From Octopus sinensis (lineage: Eukaryota), in NCBI RefSeq assembly GCF_006345805.1, contig NC_043010.1, positions 19,964,001-20,028,000 of the forward strand: a stretch of DNA of 64,000 nucleotides, in the 5' to 3' direction. Positions within the stretch are counted from its first letter, which is position 1. Each line of letters starts with the position of its first letter. This document shows positions 1 through 12,511 of the stretch, piece after piece. Made by a program: the position numbers and the translations under genes. A model generated the notes under the pieces. That model saw nothing but the letters and a program-made list of their open reading frames with translations, had not been told where the DNA came from and made no database searches.

Positions 1-192
1 GTCAATTTCAAAATAAAAAACAGCAATTTCACCCCGAAGGGGCAAAATTTTCGCCCAACCGACGAGCTCCGCAAGAAGCCGGTCGGTTTGGCTACAAAAT
101 ATTAAAAAATATTCAAGCTTATTAAAAAATTTCCAATAAAATTGGCACAAAACTCACAGAGCTGATTCACGTACGTCCATCGGCGTCTGAAG

Positions 193-193
<1 letters not shown>
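1..193 (-). mobile_element. Probable 5' UTR of a Tx1-clade LINE whose body lies left of the window
   Basis: Bases 3-50 (caatttcaaaataaaaa ... aatttcaccccgaaggggcaaaatt) resemble the sequence just upstream of ORF1 of the Tx1 copy at 12034-12110 (cattttgaaaataaaaa ... aattttgcccacaaggggcgaaatt). Confidence 0.5.

Positions 194-238
<45 letters not shown>
194..238. repeat. (AAT)n microsatellite; 3' tail of the adjacent minus-strand LINE
   Basis: Direct reading; on the minus strand it follows an AATAAA-containing LINE 3' end at about 240-255. Confidence 0.9.
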
Positions 239-780
239 TAATTCTTTTTTATTGGCCACAAGGGCTGACACACATGATTGGTAAACATAAAGGGACAAAA
301 CAGGACGAAAGGTTACAAAGGTTTTTTTTCGCTTTTGAGAAAATCCGAGTAAAAACAGTTCAACAACGAAAAACTCTCAATAGGGGGAGGCGCTTCGAAA
401 GGTTCCTGGTGGAAAAAACCCCATAAAAGCCAACGGGAACCTGGTCAAAAAGGGGGGTAGAGAGTCCCTTTTCTCCTTTTATATTAATTTTTTGAATCAC
501 AGGCGAAACCTGAGAACCGGTCCATTTATACTGGCCATTCTCGCACAATTCACCCACCTTTCATAAAACTTGCTATCAGACAGCACTCTCCTCTCTAACC
601 TCATCTTCCTTTTCAAGTGAAACTTGAAAAAGTTGATGAGGCCTTGACCAAAGAGGAAAGTGTCTGACTTTAGCCCTTTCAAACGGGACAAGGGACGACG
701 GTCAAGCGGTAATAGATGACGGATGCGATGTACGCATTTGCCACCTCCGCTCGACCTTTCAGGGACAGCTTCCTCTTGGC

Positions 781-1871
781 CTATTTCTGGGTGAGACATG
801 TCACCATGCTCATCACCTCTTCCCAGTTTTTATCCACCTGGAGGTCCGGACCGAACCAGACCCCGAGCAATTTAACGGGTCCGTCTGTCCAGTGCCCTAC
901 GACGCTGTTGGACGGCATGGGCTTGCCTCTCCAGGTGCCCAGTTGCAAGCCCACAGACTTTTCCGCGTTAATCTTTGCCCCTGTCACCGCTTCGTACTCG
1001 TTTAGTGTCTCGCCAAGCAGGCCAATGTGCCTGTGGCTCGACACCACCACGGTGACGTCGTCGGCATAGGCAGACACGCTGTTTCCGCCTTCTAGATCGT
1101 GCGGGATACCACTCAAAGCCTCCAACTTGCGCAGTAATGGCTCGAGAGTCAAAATGTACAAGAGGGAGGAGAGAGGGCATCCTTGGCGGACCGAACGCGA
1201 GATGTCGAACGGTTCCGAAAGGTGACCGTTCACCCGTATCACCGAGCAGGCTTTACTCTGATCCAAGTTGATCAAAGCCCCACCCGCGCCAGCGTCGTTA
1301 CCCACCCTCTCTATGATGTAGCGCATGAGATGGAGGTTGTCGTGTATCGACCTGGTCGGCACGGCGCATGTGTGCGTTTTGCCAACCAGCTTGTCCACGG
1401 CAAGCGCCAATTTCTTGGCCAAAATCTTCAACTCTCCATTGAGCAGAGTTATGGGCCGAAAATTCCCTATAACGTCCCCCTTGCTTGGGTCCTTTTTTAG
1501 CAAAGCCACCACCCCTCAACAGACAAAAGCAAGAATTCTCCCGTTTTGCTGCCAGTTGCAAACAGGCCCGCAAACAAGTCTGGCATTGAAAAGTAAAGCT
1601 CGTAGGGCAGACCATCAAAACCCGGCGATCTACCTCTCGTGCAACTCTTCAACACCGCAGTACCACCACCGCCTGCTCCCGGCCGACACGGAGATAGAAA
1701 TATCTTGCATCCACCAAAAAGGGCTGCGAGTTCCTGCAGGTCGGAGAGCCTGGTTTCACTGATGGCTGCTACATCCACATCATGAAACCTCAGGTCGTTT
1801 AACAGGTGACCCTGTTTCCAAGGTGACCGGAGGCCTCTCACATTCAAGCAACCGATTCTAAATTTTGCCAT
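781..1871 (-). pseudogene. Tx1 ORF2 remnant: APE N-terminus fused to RT, with deletions and a frameshift
   Basis: ORFs 1497-1871 and 781-1512. GTAVL is joined directly to KSCTRGRSPGFDGLPYELY, and DQSKA directly to CSVIRVNG. Confidence 0.85.
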
Positions 1872-2388
1872 GTATCAAAGGTGGGGAACAAAAAAAGAAA
1901 AAAAAGAGCAAAAGGCTCTACTTACTGTTGTTGGTGGCAGGGGTGGCTCCCTTGTACTTTTGCATGGGTGCTTCGATTATATTTTAAATAGTTTCTTTGA
2001 GAAACTTTTCCCTAGCGATCCGACATCGTTAGGGAATATTTGTTTTATTTCACTGTACGTTGTTGCGTTGATTTTTATTGTGAGAATGTGTGCTTGTGGT
2101 GTGTTGTGTGTTGGTATAACGTAATCTGTTATGTTTGTACTTGTCTTTTATGTATGCAACGAGTTTTTCATTTTTTGTGTTTATTGCTGTAATCGTGTCT
2201 GTTGGTGTTGGTGTGTGTGGCAGTGGTAGTAGTGGTATCGAAAGTGTTGTTGTTGATGTTGGGAAGCACTATTTGTTCGCGCTTCCCCTGTGTGTCCTTT
2301 TGTTTTTACCTCCCCTTTCTCGGTATCAGTGCTCGCACAATCCGAGCTGTCCTGATCCGGAAAAGGGATGGCTGTCGGGTCCGCTTCA

Positions 2389-3200
2389 TCAGCAGCAGGG
2401 TGAAAAATTGTTGGTTCTGCTGGTAGCGGTGGTGTTGCTGTATCTGTTGTGATGGTGACTGTGTCGGTGAGTTTTCTTCTTCCTTTTGTTGGTGTTGGTT
2501 TGGTGGTTGTTGTTGGAGGTGGTGTTGTTCATCGTGGTGATGGTGTTGGTGTGGCAGTCTTTGGTGTTTCGTGCTGTTGTTGCTGCTGCTGCTGACTCTT
2601 GCCGTTTGCCTCCATTCTTTTTTTGTGAATGGGGCAGTCCCTCTTTAGGTGGCTTTCGCTGCTGCAGAGGTAACATTTTTGGCTTTCGCCCCTCCACAGT
2701 AACGTGCAGCCTGGTTCCATCTGGTAAAATGACTGAGTCAGGTATGGCATTAATGTTTTCCTGCTGGATTTGTACCAGCAGTTGAATACCCATACCTGAC
2801 CAGTTCTTTTCTCTTACCCTTCGAACATCTAGAATAGTGGCAGTGTCCTCTATGTCTGGGAGGACAGCTGCCACCAGCCATGATATACTTAGTTCGGGGG
2901 GTATTATGTCAATTTTTATTTTCTGGACCCTCTGCCCGAGGTACATTGGAACGAGGAACAAATTTTCATTTTCCAAGGGCGAAATGGCATGCGCCCTTGC
3001 ATCCTCCTCTGTTGGGAAGCGAACCTCCACGGTTCTGAAACGCTTCCCTCTGGTGACATAGCTCTTTTTGCCCCATATGGGCTTCAGAGCTATTTCCAAT
3101 TGTTGGGGTGTTGCGTTAATCAGTCTTTTGTTTTTCTTGTCGAAAACCTTGTAAAATATTGTCTTCTTATTAGTGTCATGTATGAGTTGTTGAGGTGTAT
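2389..3200 (-). pseudogene. Tx1 ORF1 (gag-like RNA-binding protein with zinc knuckle), frameshifted
   Basis: ORFs 2389-3099 and 2529-2750. It is homologous to ORF1 at 10879-12036 (VEVRFPTEE vs VQVRFHTEE; LHVTVEGRKPKC vs LYVVMEGKRPRC). Confidence 0.8.
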
Positions 3201-3249
3201 TGAGGAAGACACTGTTCCCCTCTTTTATCTCATGTGGTAGTGGCTCTCA

Positions 3250-5990
3250 TGGCTTCTCATCTTTACTGATTGGAAATGTTAATTTTTTCTTGGGCTACAG
3301 CAAATATTCTGCTCAATACCACAGGTTTGCTTGTCAGTTGCTTGACCGTAACCAGTTGAGCATGTCCCTTAGTCTAATACTGGCTGGACATTTATTTTTT
3401 CGACCAAGCAACAACTTCTCCCTCACTACAAAATGGCCGAACCATCTTGTTTGAAACATGACCAAACCATTATATGAAGAATGCTGTTGATACTGTGGGT
3501 TCCTGTAAAAATAATTAAAAAAAGCACAAAAAACATCCCATAGGGGGTATGTCCATTCTTTAACTCCACCTGATTTTCCTCTTGGCCAATCAAATTTAGC
3601 ATGGTCTCTTGCCTTGAAGTATGCCTCAGGTTGTTCCAGGTTAATTTTGTATGATGTTCCCTACTCTTTCAGTTGCTATATAGCTGGATAAAGTTAGTGT
3701 TGTATTGACTGTCTACTGGGCACTCACTGTTCACCCTACATTATGCACGCAGCTGAATGAGACCCTTAAATTTTGTCTATTCAATAATCTGTGAAATGCT
3801 ACAAATTTGAGGAAGACCCTTCCAATGCTGGTTTTTCTGTTGAGTGAGAAAGGTGGGGCAAACCAAAGGAACTAGTGGTGACCCTTTCTTTTGTGAGTGT
3901 TAGGGCCTGGCATATTGGTGATGAGTCAAAATATTGCTTACAACAGACAGTTAAAAAATTCAAGAATGAAAGTTTGCAATACACTTTAGGATTTTATGAA
4001 ATAGATTCTTTCTCGCATCTCCTTCTCCACATAAATTTGCAAAGATAAGAGCCAACCATGGAACGGTGTGTCCCACATCAGCATTTGTTTCCACACTTTA
4101 AAGATGCCCGTGTTCTCTGTTGAGTATGAGTCCCATCTTTTGAGTTAATAATTTCAATGCTATGGTTTCGTTTTATGTTTGAAATCATGACCATTGATTT
4201 CTGGGATAAGCTCACCACAGGTCACTGAAGATGGTGGTTCCTGGAAGAACTGAGTCATATGCAGTCCTCTAGTGTTTCATGGTTACGACTTGGTACTGCG
4301 TAAAGGAAAACTTCCCTCGTCTTGGGACATAGTCCTCCAATGTTATGTTCATTTATGTTCGAATTTAATAAGTTATTTTACAAAATACTTCATTATTTTT
4401 TAAATCGTTTAAAGCAGGCAATGTTTTTCAAAAAGAAATTTAATAACAGATGGGTTAATTATTGAATGGCTGTAAAATGTTAAATCAAAATTGCCAGTTT
4501 TTCTCACAAAAAATCTTTCTCTCTCTTCTTTGGACAGTTGAAAGCTAATTTATACTCTTTTAGATAATTTACAACAGTATTCTTCAGTTTCCAAAATCTG
4601 TTTAGAACAGCATCCACAGCACACCTCACAATGGAGGTCTCTCAAGAGCAGCAAGTTCTTCAAAGATCCTAAAATTATAAATTCTTCTAGTAATTTCATA
4701 TTGTGTTGTACCGTAAATATTGGTACCTTTTCCAAACCTAAAGAGGATTTTCAGCTGTTTAGAAGCTATATCACTAGAGTTCCTTGGTGCATTATAACTG
4801 TTTCCTTGGACTGTCACTGATTTTGGAAATATAACCGCTAAGGAAGCAAAATGTATCACTTTCCATGTTTTAGATAAAACTGACAGAATAAGGACCTTCA
4901 AAGTGATGTGCTTGACAATACATTCTAGCAGCAACTGAACTTAACTGAAGGCACATTCTAGCCTTGGGTGGATGTTGTTGCTTGAATCTGTACAACACTG
5001 ACCCTACCTGGTTAGCATCTGTTCAAGCACAACTAACTTGTGCCCCAGGGAAAAAAGTTTAGCCTCATTACAGAGCTCTTTGTAAACAGTTATAGAATAT
5101 GTAGTAGTTGCACTTATTGGTTACTATGGAAACGGTGTTCTTTGCTTACTATGCTAACAGAACTGCATGGTGATATACTCACTTCTGATTGGCTAATTTT
5201 TCTGATTACCCAAATTTTAAAAACTTTAATGGCTAATAACTTTTTAGTAGTAAATATATAGGAAAATGACTTTCATTTTCATAATTAGTGTACAAAACTT
5301 AACCTATATACCAAATTTGAAAATAATTGGAACAAAATTGGAGATGGTGATTCACACCACCAAGATGCTAAATCCCTTACCCTTATCTACCATGGCTGGA
5401 GCACTAAGCCAATATACAGGACGCCAGATTTTCAAAGGGTTTTTATTTTACATCAGATCAAGATTTTTAGTTTCAAAAATAGATAATCCAGTTGTCAGCT
5501 TCAAAAAGGTTTATGACCATCTCTACACAGTTTGCAGTCTTCATCTGTGAATCAGGCGTATGCCTTAACAACAACTCTGTTGTTGCTTACTGTAGATTTG
5601 TCAATTTGAATTGAGAATTTACTGTTTACTAGTCTTCATTGTATCTCTCCATGTCACATCTTACAGTCTTTCTGGTGTTCACAGAGCATGGACAACAGTC
5701 ATGATATAGGTAACTCTTTTTCCGTATTCAGATGGCTTTCCGTCTTCCATATCAACTAACCTTTTCTCCGCCAGGAGCTGAGGCGCAAGCCAATGGACTT
5801 GTCCTTGTTAACTTTTGCCACTGCCACTGCCTCGTATCCTTTGATAGCTTCCTCTACTCAAGGTAGCTGAGCTTCATTGGACACAATGATGGTGATGTCA
5901 TCTGCATAAGTAGAGATCGACTTACCGATCTGATTTCATTGTAGGTACATCCCAAATTCTCCAACTTCTGCAGTAATGGCTCTAGCCAAC
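3250..5990 (-). mobile_element. Degraded Tx1/L1-like ORF2 remnants; clearest RT segment about 5750-5990
   Basis: Manual translation of about 5990-5770 gives LEPLLQKLE...STYADDITIIVS...YEAV...KSIGLRL, matching the RT at 781-1512. The rest is too decayed to delimit. Confidence 0.6.
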
Positions 5991-5994
5991 ATCG

Positions 5995-6853
5995 AAAACG
6001 GCTCCTACAGTTTTGATTCCTCTTTCAAAAGTTTTACAGGCCAAATTGAACAGGCTGCACCTGTATCAACCAAAAACCTTTCTGTTGAGTTTGTGTAAAA
6101 AATGGAAAATACGCGACTTTTAATGTAGCTGTCCACAGATTTCATCGCATCTAATCTGTGTCTGAGAAGTTTCCCGAATTTTTTTGTTGTTGTTTAGAAA
6201 ATCAAATGCACATGGCTTAATCCACTTGAATGATCTGTCACCAAATTTTGCATTTTACCAACATATGGCATTAATCTTGGAACTTGGACTTCTTGATCAC
6301 TTTCGCCATTTTGCGTTGTTTCTTTTAGCAGAGCGACTCACTCTTTGGAGTTGAAAACTTTCAATTTTCTTTGTCAACAACTCGAATTGTTTCTCATAAA
6401 TTTCTTTCAATGCCTGTATTTTGGTAGAAATAGATGGGAATGCGTTCACAGATGCTCTAGATGACAATTCCAAAATGCCTTCTGCCAATTGTTAAAGATA
6501 GTTTTGATTCTTAACAGCCGAAAGCAAAGTTTGTCTTGTAAGGCAATTTAGTAAAGAAAACCTCTTTGAAGTAGGATTCTTCAATTTGTTGATCCCCAAG
6601 AAGTTTGTTCATTCTCCGAAGAAGTTGTGTTGGCTTCTTATTGCCTAATTCATAATTATTAAATAGTTTTGAAAATTCTTTCTGTTTTGAATTTGAAGTT
6701 CTTTTTAAGATTTCTTCCTTTATAGCAGAATATGAAACTGGTTCGATAGGATTTAAAAATAAATCTCTAATCTCATTGCTTAGAGGTGGAGGTAAATTAC
6801 TCAGCATTATCTTATATTTTTGCTCTTCATTTGTTATATGGTTTGCTTTAACC
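5995..6853 (-). mobile_element. Gypsy LTR-retrotransposon gag and aspartic-protease fragment
   Basis: ORF 6511-6933 (KPTQLLRRM..LLG..FFTKLP) is homologous to the gag at 21163-21720. About 6085-6050 translates as RFLVDTGAACS, a retropepsin DTG motif. Confidence 0.8.
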
Positions 6854-9689
6854 CAGGGGTGGGCGAACTTTTTTGATCGCGGGCCGCACAGTGCGTCTTT
6901 GGAACCTTGGCGGGCCTCATTTATAAAAATCAAGTGAAAATATTTTTAAAGGCGGTTATAGACCTATAAACACACAATTGATTGAAAGGAAATTTTGTGA
7001 AATATTCCTGGTTTAAGTGATTTAATTTATTTTTTAGAGTATCGGGTTCATGTTTTTCGGTTATTTGCTCCTATAGTTGAAATTATTACAGGAACCTCGG
7101 TTATTTTGGACAGCCTGTTATTGCTTACAAATTGCCAGGAACGGAATTTTCCTAGTAAAATCTGCACTAATTGTGGACAACCATAATTCTAGGATACCCA
7201 AAATAAAAGATTTTAAAGAGAAATAACAGTTTATTAATATGAATTGAAATCTGAAATTAGAAACGTCACCTGAAGCATTTATTTGAAAAACAAAGCGGCT
7301 CTGTAAATAACAATGTCAATGAGAATGATGCAGCTGACTACTGTCATTTACCAGTTTGTCAAAATTAGGTGTCAAGTTGCTTGTGCTGATTCTTAACACT
7401 GACTGAAGATTTGAGTCTGTGAGAAGTGATCGATTCTTCCCCTTGTTAATTTTCATGATGGAGAAAGTCTGCTCACATATGTAAGTTGATGCAAACAACA
7501 CAAACATCTTTCTTGCAAATTTTTTTAGATTTTGAAACTTTTTTGAATGTAGAGAAGCATAAAACTCGACCAGTGGTTTACTTTCAAACATCATCTTTAA
7601 AGAATTGTCGGCTTGCAAATGAATCAGTTCTATCTGCAGTTCCTCGGTAGTTGTTTCAATGTCACAGGCAAGAGGTGAGTTAAGCAAATCGAACAGGCCT
7701 TCAACTGCCTTGAAATCAGCAAATCTTCTAATGAATTCCTTTTGTAAAGCCATCAACTGGGAACTGTACTTGTCCGATGATTCTTGTGTAACAGACTGTG
7801 TTTTCAGCAGAGGGAAGTGAATAAATTTTTGCTCATTCAGCTGCTTGGCAAAAAGTCCAAGCTTCCATTGAAAAGCTTTCACTTCCAGGTACAATTCATG
7901 AGCAAATATACCTTTGCCTTGCAGTTTTGTGTTAAGTTCATTCAGCTTCTGCATTATGTCCACAGCAAATGTAAAATCACAAACCCATTCGTCACTCTCC
8001 ATTTCGTTTAAAAAGTCACAGATGTCTTGCATTTTGAGAAACATAAGAATCTCTGCTTTGAGGTCCCATACTCTCTTAAGAACTTTTCCAATGCTTAACC
8101 AGCGGACATTTGTGTAGTACAGCACATCAGTAAAATCAGCATCCACATCCTCCAAGAAACTTCGGAATTGCCTGTGTTTCAATCCCCGTGATCTTATTAA
8201 ATTCACTGCACGCACCACAGGTTCGATGACATGTTTGAGTTTTAAAGATGACTTACAAAGGCTTTCTTGATGTATGATGCAGTGAAAAGACAACACACTG
8301 TGTAGTGGAAAATCTTCTTTAATTTTGTCATTCAATAACTTCACAAGGCCGGAATGTTTACCGGTGAGTGAAGGAGCTCCATCGGTTGTAATGCTGGCCA
8401 GTTTATTTAGGGTTAATCCAGACCTGATTGAACTGTTAATGACACTGTTGAACAAATCTTTTCCAGTAGTAGTGTCTTTGAGAGACTCCATAGATAACAA
8501 TTCCTCTGTAATTTCAAAGTTTTCGTCAATTCCTCTGATGTAAATGAGTAACTGAGCAGTATCCTGAATATCAGTGCTCTCATCTAAAGCAATAGAAAAC
8601 CACTGAAATCGACCACTGGCTGTTAACAGCTGTTCATGAATATTCACGGCAATTGCATCAATGCGAGGAACAATAGTTCTTCGTGACAGGGAAATGGCTT
8701 CTACTTTTGACTTAACTTCAGGACACACAACGCTGACAGCATCAACCATACAATCTTTGATAAATTCTGCTTCTGCGAATGACTTGTTTTGCTTTGCAAT
8801 TTTATTGGCCAATATAAAACTTGCCTTTGTCGCGTTCCTTTGTAAAGAGGAAGTTTTATCAAACACATTTTGCTGTTGCTTCAAACGTTTTGTCAGATCA
8901 TTTGCTTTCTTTAGCAGTTCTTGTTTTGATAAATTGTGTCCAAAATTGGCGTGCTTCGTTTGAAAGTGGCGTTTCAAATTATATTCCTTGAACACAGCAA
9001 CTGTTTCAGAACAAATCAAACATGCAGCTTTCACTCCAACGTCGGTAAAGAAATACTTTTCAGTCCAATTTTCATTAAAAACACGACATTCCTCTTCAAT
9101 TTTTCACTTTTTAGATAGCTTCGAACAACTCATTTTGGGTAAATTTTGTCAGACAACAAAAGCTAGTTTGAAACACTCGTGTCTGTACTAAATTCAAATA
9201 ATCGATAGAGTGAATGATAACCAACCACAGCTCTGTGTCCAGAAAAAGCTGGTTCAAGCCCTTTTATTAACCTGGCCGGCTTCTTCATTGGAACGAAACG
9301 CATCGTCCATCATGCCCTCTTCACCATCTATCACGTGATTTATTTATTTGAATGTTTCAAGCATATCGATTGACTCGTTGTATTGCCACAATACTTGTTT
9401 CATTGTTCTATTAATTTTTGAGTTTGTAGGGTCTGACGAGAAATGTGTTTTATTATGATGTCATGGGAATATTTCTTGAAATTTTTCATCGCTTCACAGT
9501 AGCTGAAACAAACAAACAGCGGACAATTTTGTGAAGGTACGAAACAGTGAACTGAAATAAAATGCAAACTATTGTGAATTACCGTACAACTGAAACAGTT
9601 ACGAAGTATCTGCATAGAAGTTGGGATTTATAAAAGCTCTCAGCGGGCCGCATGAAAACCTATGGCGGGCCGTAGTTTGCCCACCCCTG
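6854..9689 (-). mobile_element. hAT (Buster/Charlie, SPIN-like) DNA transposon, 2836 bp, both TIRs present
   Basis: TIRs are CAGGGGTGGGCGAAC (6854) and GTTTGCCCACCCCTG (ending 9689). Both flanks fit NNNTANNN (ctttaacc, gtctagac) but differ from each other. Confidence 0.95.
7316..9133 (-). pseudogene. SPIN/GTF2IRD2-like hAT transposase, about 605 codons, single premature TGA at codon 10
   Basis: The 572-aa ORF has a BED-like CLIC..LKRH, ALDESTD, TTDGAP, HCIIHQE, VRWLS and STYICEQTFS. An in-frame ATG at 9133 gives MSCSKLSKK*KIEEECRVFNENW, with TGA at 9104-9106. Confidence 0.92.
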
Positions 9690-12110
9690 GTCTAGACGTA
9701 CCCAGGAAAACCTCTAGACGTCCAAAGAAATCCGCCTGACCCGTTAAGGACAGTGCATAAACTGCCATCAGACGGAATGCACACCCATTTCTGCCATCCA
9801 CGTCCAAGACAACCAGCCTACCCCCCGGGTCTAGGAATATTGTTCTTACTTTTACATTTAGATTCTTTCGAAAAAGCACCGCGGTACCTCCACCACCCAT
9901 GTTCGGCAGACAGGGAGAAAAATAAATGTCGAATTGATCGCCAAACATGGACGCGAGGGCCCGCGGCTTGCTGAGTCTGGTTTCACTGATAGCTACTATA
10001 TCCACGTTCAGTGACTTGATGTCGTTTAGAAGGTAACCTTGTTTCCAAGCCGACGCCAAGCCACGCGCATTCACACAACCTAATTTAAGCATAATTGACG
10101 TTTAAGAAATTTCTGTTTCACACACTACACTGGAAGAGAAAAGAGGCAAGAGGGAAGGCGACTTACTCATTTTGAAAGTTTCAGTTTTTTCTTCATCTTT
10201 TGTAGTGTCTTTGAGGAGGTGTTTGAATAGTTTTTTTGAGAGGTATTTTTGAAACCCCCCTACCGCATTTGGAAATATGGTTTTCAGTGTATGGTGTTGT
10301 GTTATGTGTACAATTCTTGTGTGTTTCGGTGGAGTGGTGCGCGGATGATTATTTGTCTTAAAGTCATCTTCGCAGATGTTCGTGTTTTTTATTGTCCGTG
10401 ATTGTCTAAGGGGATGCTGTCCGGAGTTAAATATCTCCCTGCTTTACTTACTTGTTTGGTGGGCTTTTTTGGTCTTTTCCTTTTACCCCCTGTGGCTATT
10501 TGCCATTCCGTTGAACTTTTGGCGGACTCGTCGTCCAACGAATCAGAAGGGTGTAAAGGCAAAGCGTTTGGATCTATATGTGTGTTTGTAAAAGGTGTTG
10601 TTGTTTTGTGTGGTGTTTGTGTTGTTGGGGTATTAGGGGCAGAATTTGTCTTTTCGTCACTGTTATTTGTTTTTTTGGTTGTTGGTCTGTCTTTTGATGT
10701 TGGTGGTGATGTTGTTTCTTTTGTTGGTTGCGATGTCGGAGGTAATTCTCTTCTTGGTGATGTGGTTGGTGAGGGGGAAACAGCTTTTGTATCGTCCGCT
10801 GTTTTTCCTGTCTTTTGGGTTGAAGGTGGTGTGGGTAGCAGGGGTTTCCTTCCAGGTTTGGGGAGTGGTTGCTGTTGCCTATTTCTGACAGCAGTTGCAT
10901 AAATAGCATCTTGGCCTCTTGCCCTCCATCACTACATACAATTTTTGATCTTTTGCCAGTTGAACACTAGTTGGTAAATTGTTTATTGCTTCTTGGGAGA
11001 TTTGAAGCAATATTTCGAGTTTTTTACCAGTCCAGCTTTCCTCTGGAATGTCAGCTATTTCTAAAATATCTGCTTCTTCTGTATCGAAGCAGATGGCTGA
11101 TACCAGCCACTGGGTATTCACTACTGGCGGCACATTGTTTATTGTAACTTTCGTAACTCTGCGCCCAAGGTAGCTAGGTACCATTGTTACCTGGTCTGTG
11201 TGCAGAGTAAGGGTTGAAAACTTTTATGCTAGTTCTTCTGTATGGAAGCGAACTTGCACGGTAGCAAATTTACTTCCCCAATTCACATAATTTCGGAATT
11301 TCCACACGGAAAAGAGGCACTTTTCAATTTTTTCTTTAGGTAGGTTTTCTGGTCTTTTTGTTTTGGTGTTGAGTATTCTGTAAATGATGGTCTTCTTTTG
11401 CGTTTCTTCTATGATGTTCCGTGGAATATTTAAATGCATTGTGTCGCCTTCTTTGGTGAGCAAGGACTTTGTGTCTTGTATTTGTTGGTGAGTAAATTTT
11501 AGGATTCTTCTTTTCGGTCGTATGGCTTCCGCAAAATTGTTTTTTGTGGAGGTGGTGGTGATGTTTGTGGCAGAGTCGTTCGTAGTAGATAAATGTGAAG
11601 TCGGGTTGTTTACCAGTTTTTGAGTGGAGGTCGCAATGTTAGCGTTCATGCTCACATTTGTGTTTGTGTTGTTTTCCCCCATTTCCCCTGCTTTATGAAA
11701 TTGTGATGAAAGCAGTATGGGGAACTCAAGGAGGGTGTCGGTGTTGATGGTAGAATCATTGGTTGCAATGACAGGGATTAGCCTTGTGACCTTGGTTTTG
11801 TTGTTGTTGGTAGTGGTACTGTTAGCAGAGGAAGCAGTTGTCATAGCAGAAGCTGCTATGGTGGTGGTGTTGATGGTGGAATCATTGGTGGCGACCTTTG
11901 CTTTGTAGTTGTTGCTGTTGTCGATGTTGATGGTGGTGGTGGTGTTAGTAGCGTTCAAACTATCAAGGGAATCCTGCTTTTTTGTTTTGGCGTCACGCTT
12001 GACTTGCGCCTCAGCCTCCTGGTGACCAGTAGCCATTTTGAAAATAAAAATGGCTAAAATACAACAGGCCTATGAGAATTTTTAAAATTTTGCCCACAAG
12101 GGGCGAAATT
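9690..12110 (-). mobile_element. 5' half of a second Tx1-clade LINE (5' UTR, ORF1, APE endonuclease), truncated at the hAT
   Basis: ORF1 pieces 11224-12036, 10879-11184 and 10574-10909. ORF2 start MLKLGCVNARGL...SETR...GTAVLFRK...GRLVVLDV at 10092-9690. Confidence 0.88.
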
Positions 12111-12467
12111 TTGTGTAGATATTAATCAAGGTTTGCAGTGGATGTTGTTGCACAACTTTTAAACACAAAATATTTGACAATAAACACTTTTGAACGTACA
12201 AAATGACCAACTTACTTGGAGCCCATTTGACTTGCGTCTGTCTGTCCAGAGATAGATAGATAGATAGTTTGTACCTAAATAGGTCAGCCCTTGTCCAGTT
12301 GAACTTCGCCTGACATGCTGAGGTCGAAGGGACAAAGAAAACCTTTTTTCGCACCTGTTGATCATCTTGGTTTGGAGGATTCTTGGATTCGAATCTAGGC
12401 TTGGAGAAGGAAGTGTTAATTTTTACATATCACATATTATTTCTTCAAATCACATATTTAATTACAT

Positions 12468-12508
12468 ATTTAAGAGCTTTCAACCACTCCTGTAGTTTCA
12501 TCAGAAAT
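12468..12508 (-). ncRNA. Hammerhead-ribozyme-like motif (type I) in the Penelope 3' region
   Basis: Minus strand reads ATTT-CTGATGA-AACTAC-agga-GTGGTT-GAAA-GCTCT-T-AAAT: 6-bp stem II, 4-bp stem I, minimal stem III. Confidence 0.6.
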
Positions 12509-12511
12509 GTA

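Larger units (their letters stand above)
239..3240 (-). mobile_element. Internally deleted Tx1/L1-clade non-LTR retrotransposon (ORF1 with CCHC knuckle, APE endonuclease start, RT)
   Basis: ORF1 fragments 2389-3200 include CYLCSSESHLKRDC. ORF2 starts MAKFRIGCLNVRGL...SETR. RT motifs FRPITLLN, LDQSKA, SVRQGCPLS and YADDV are present. Confidence 0.88.
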
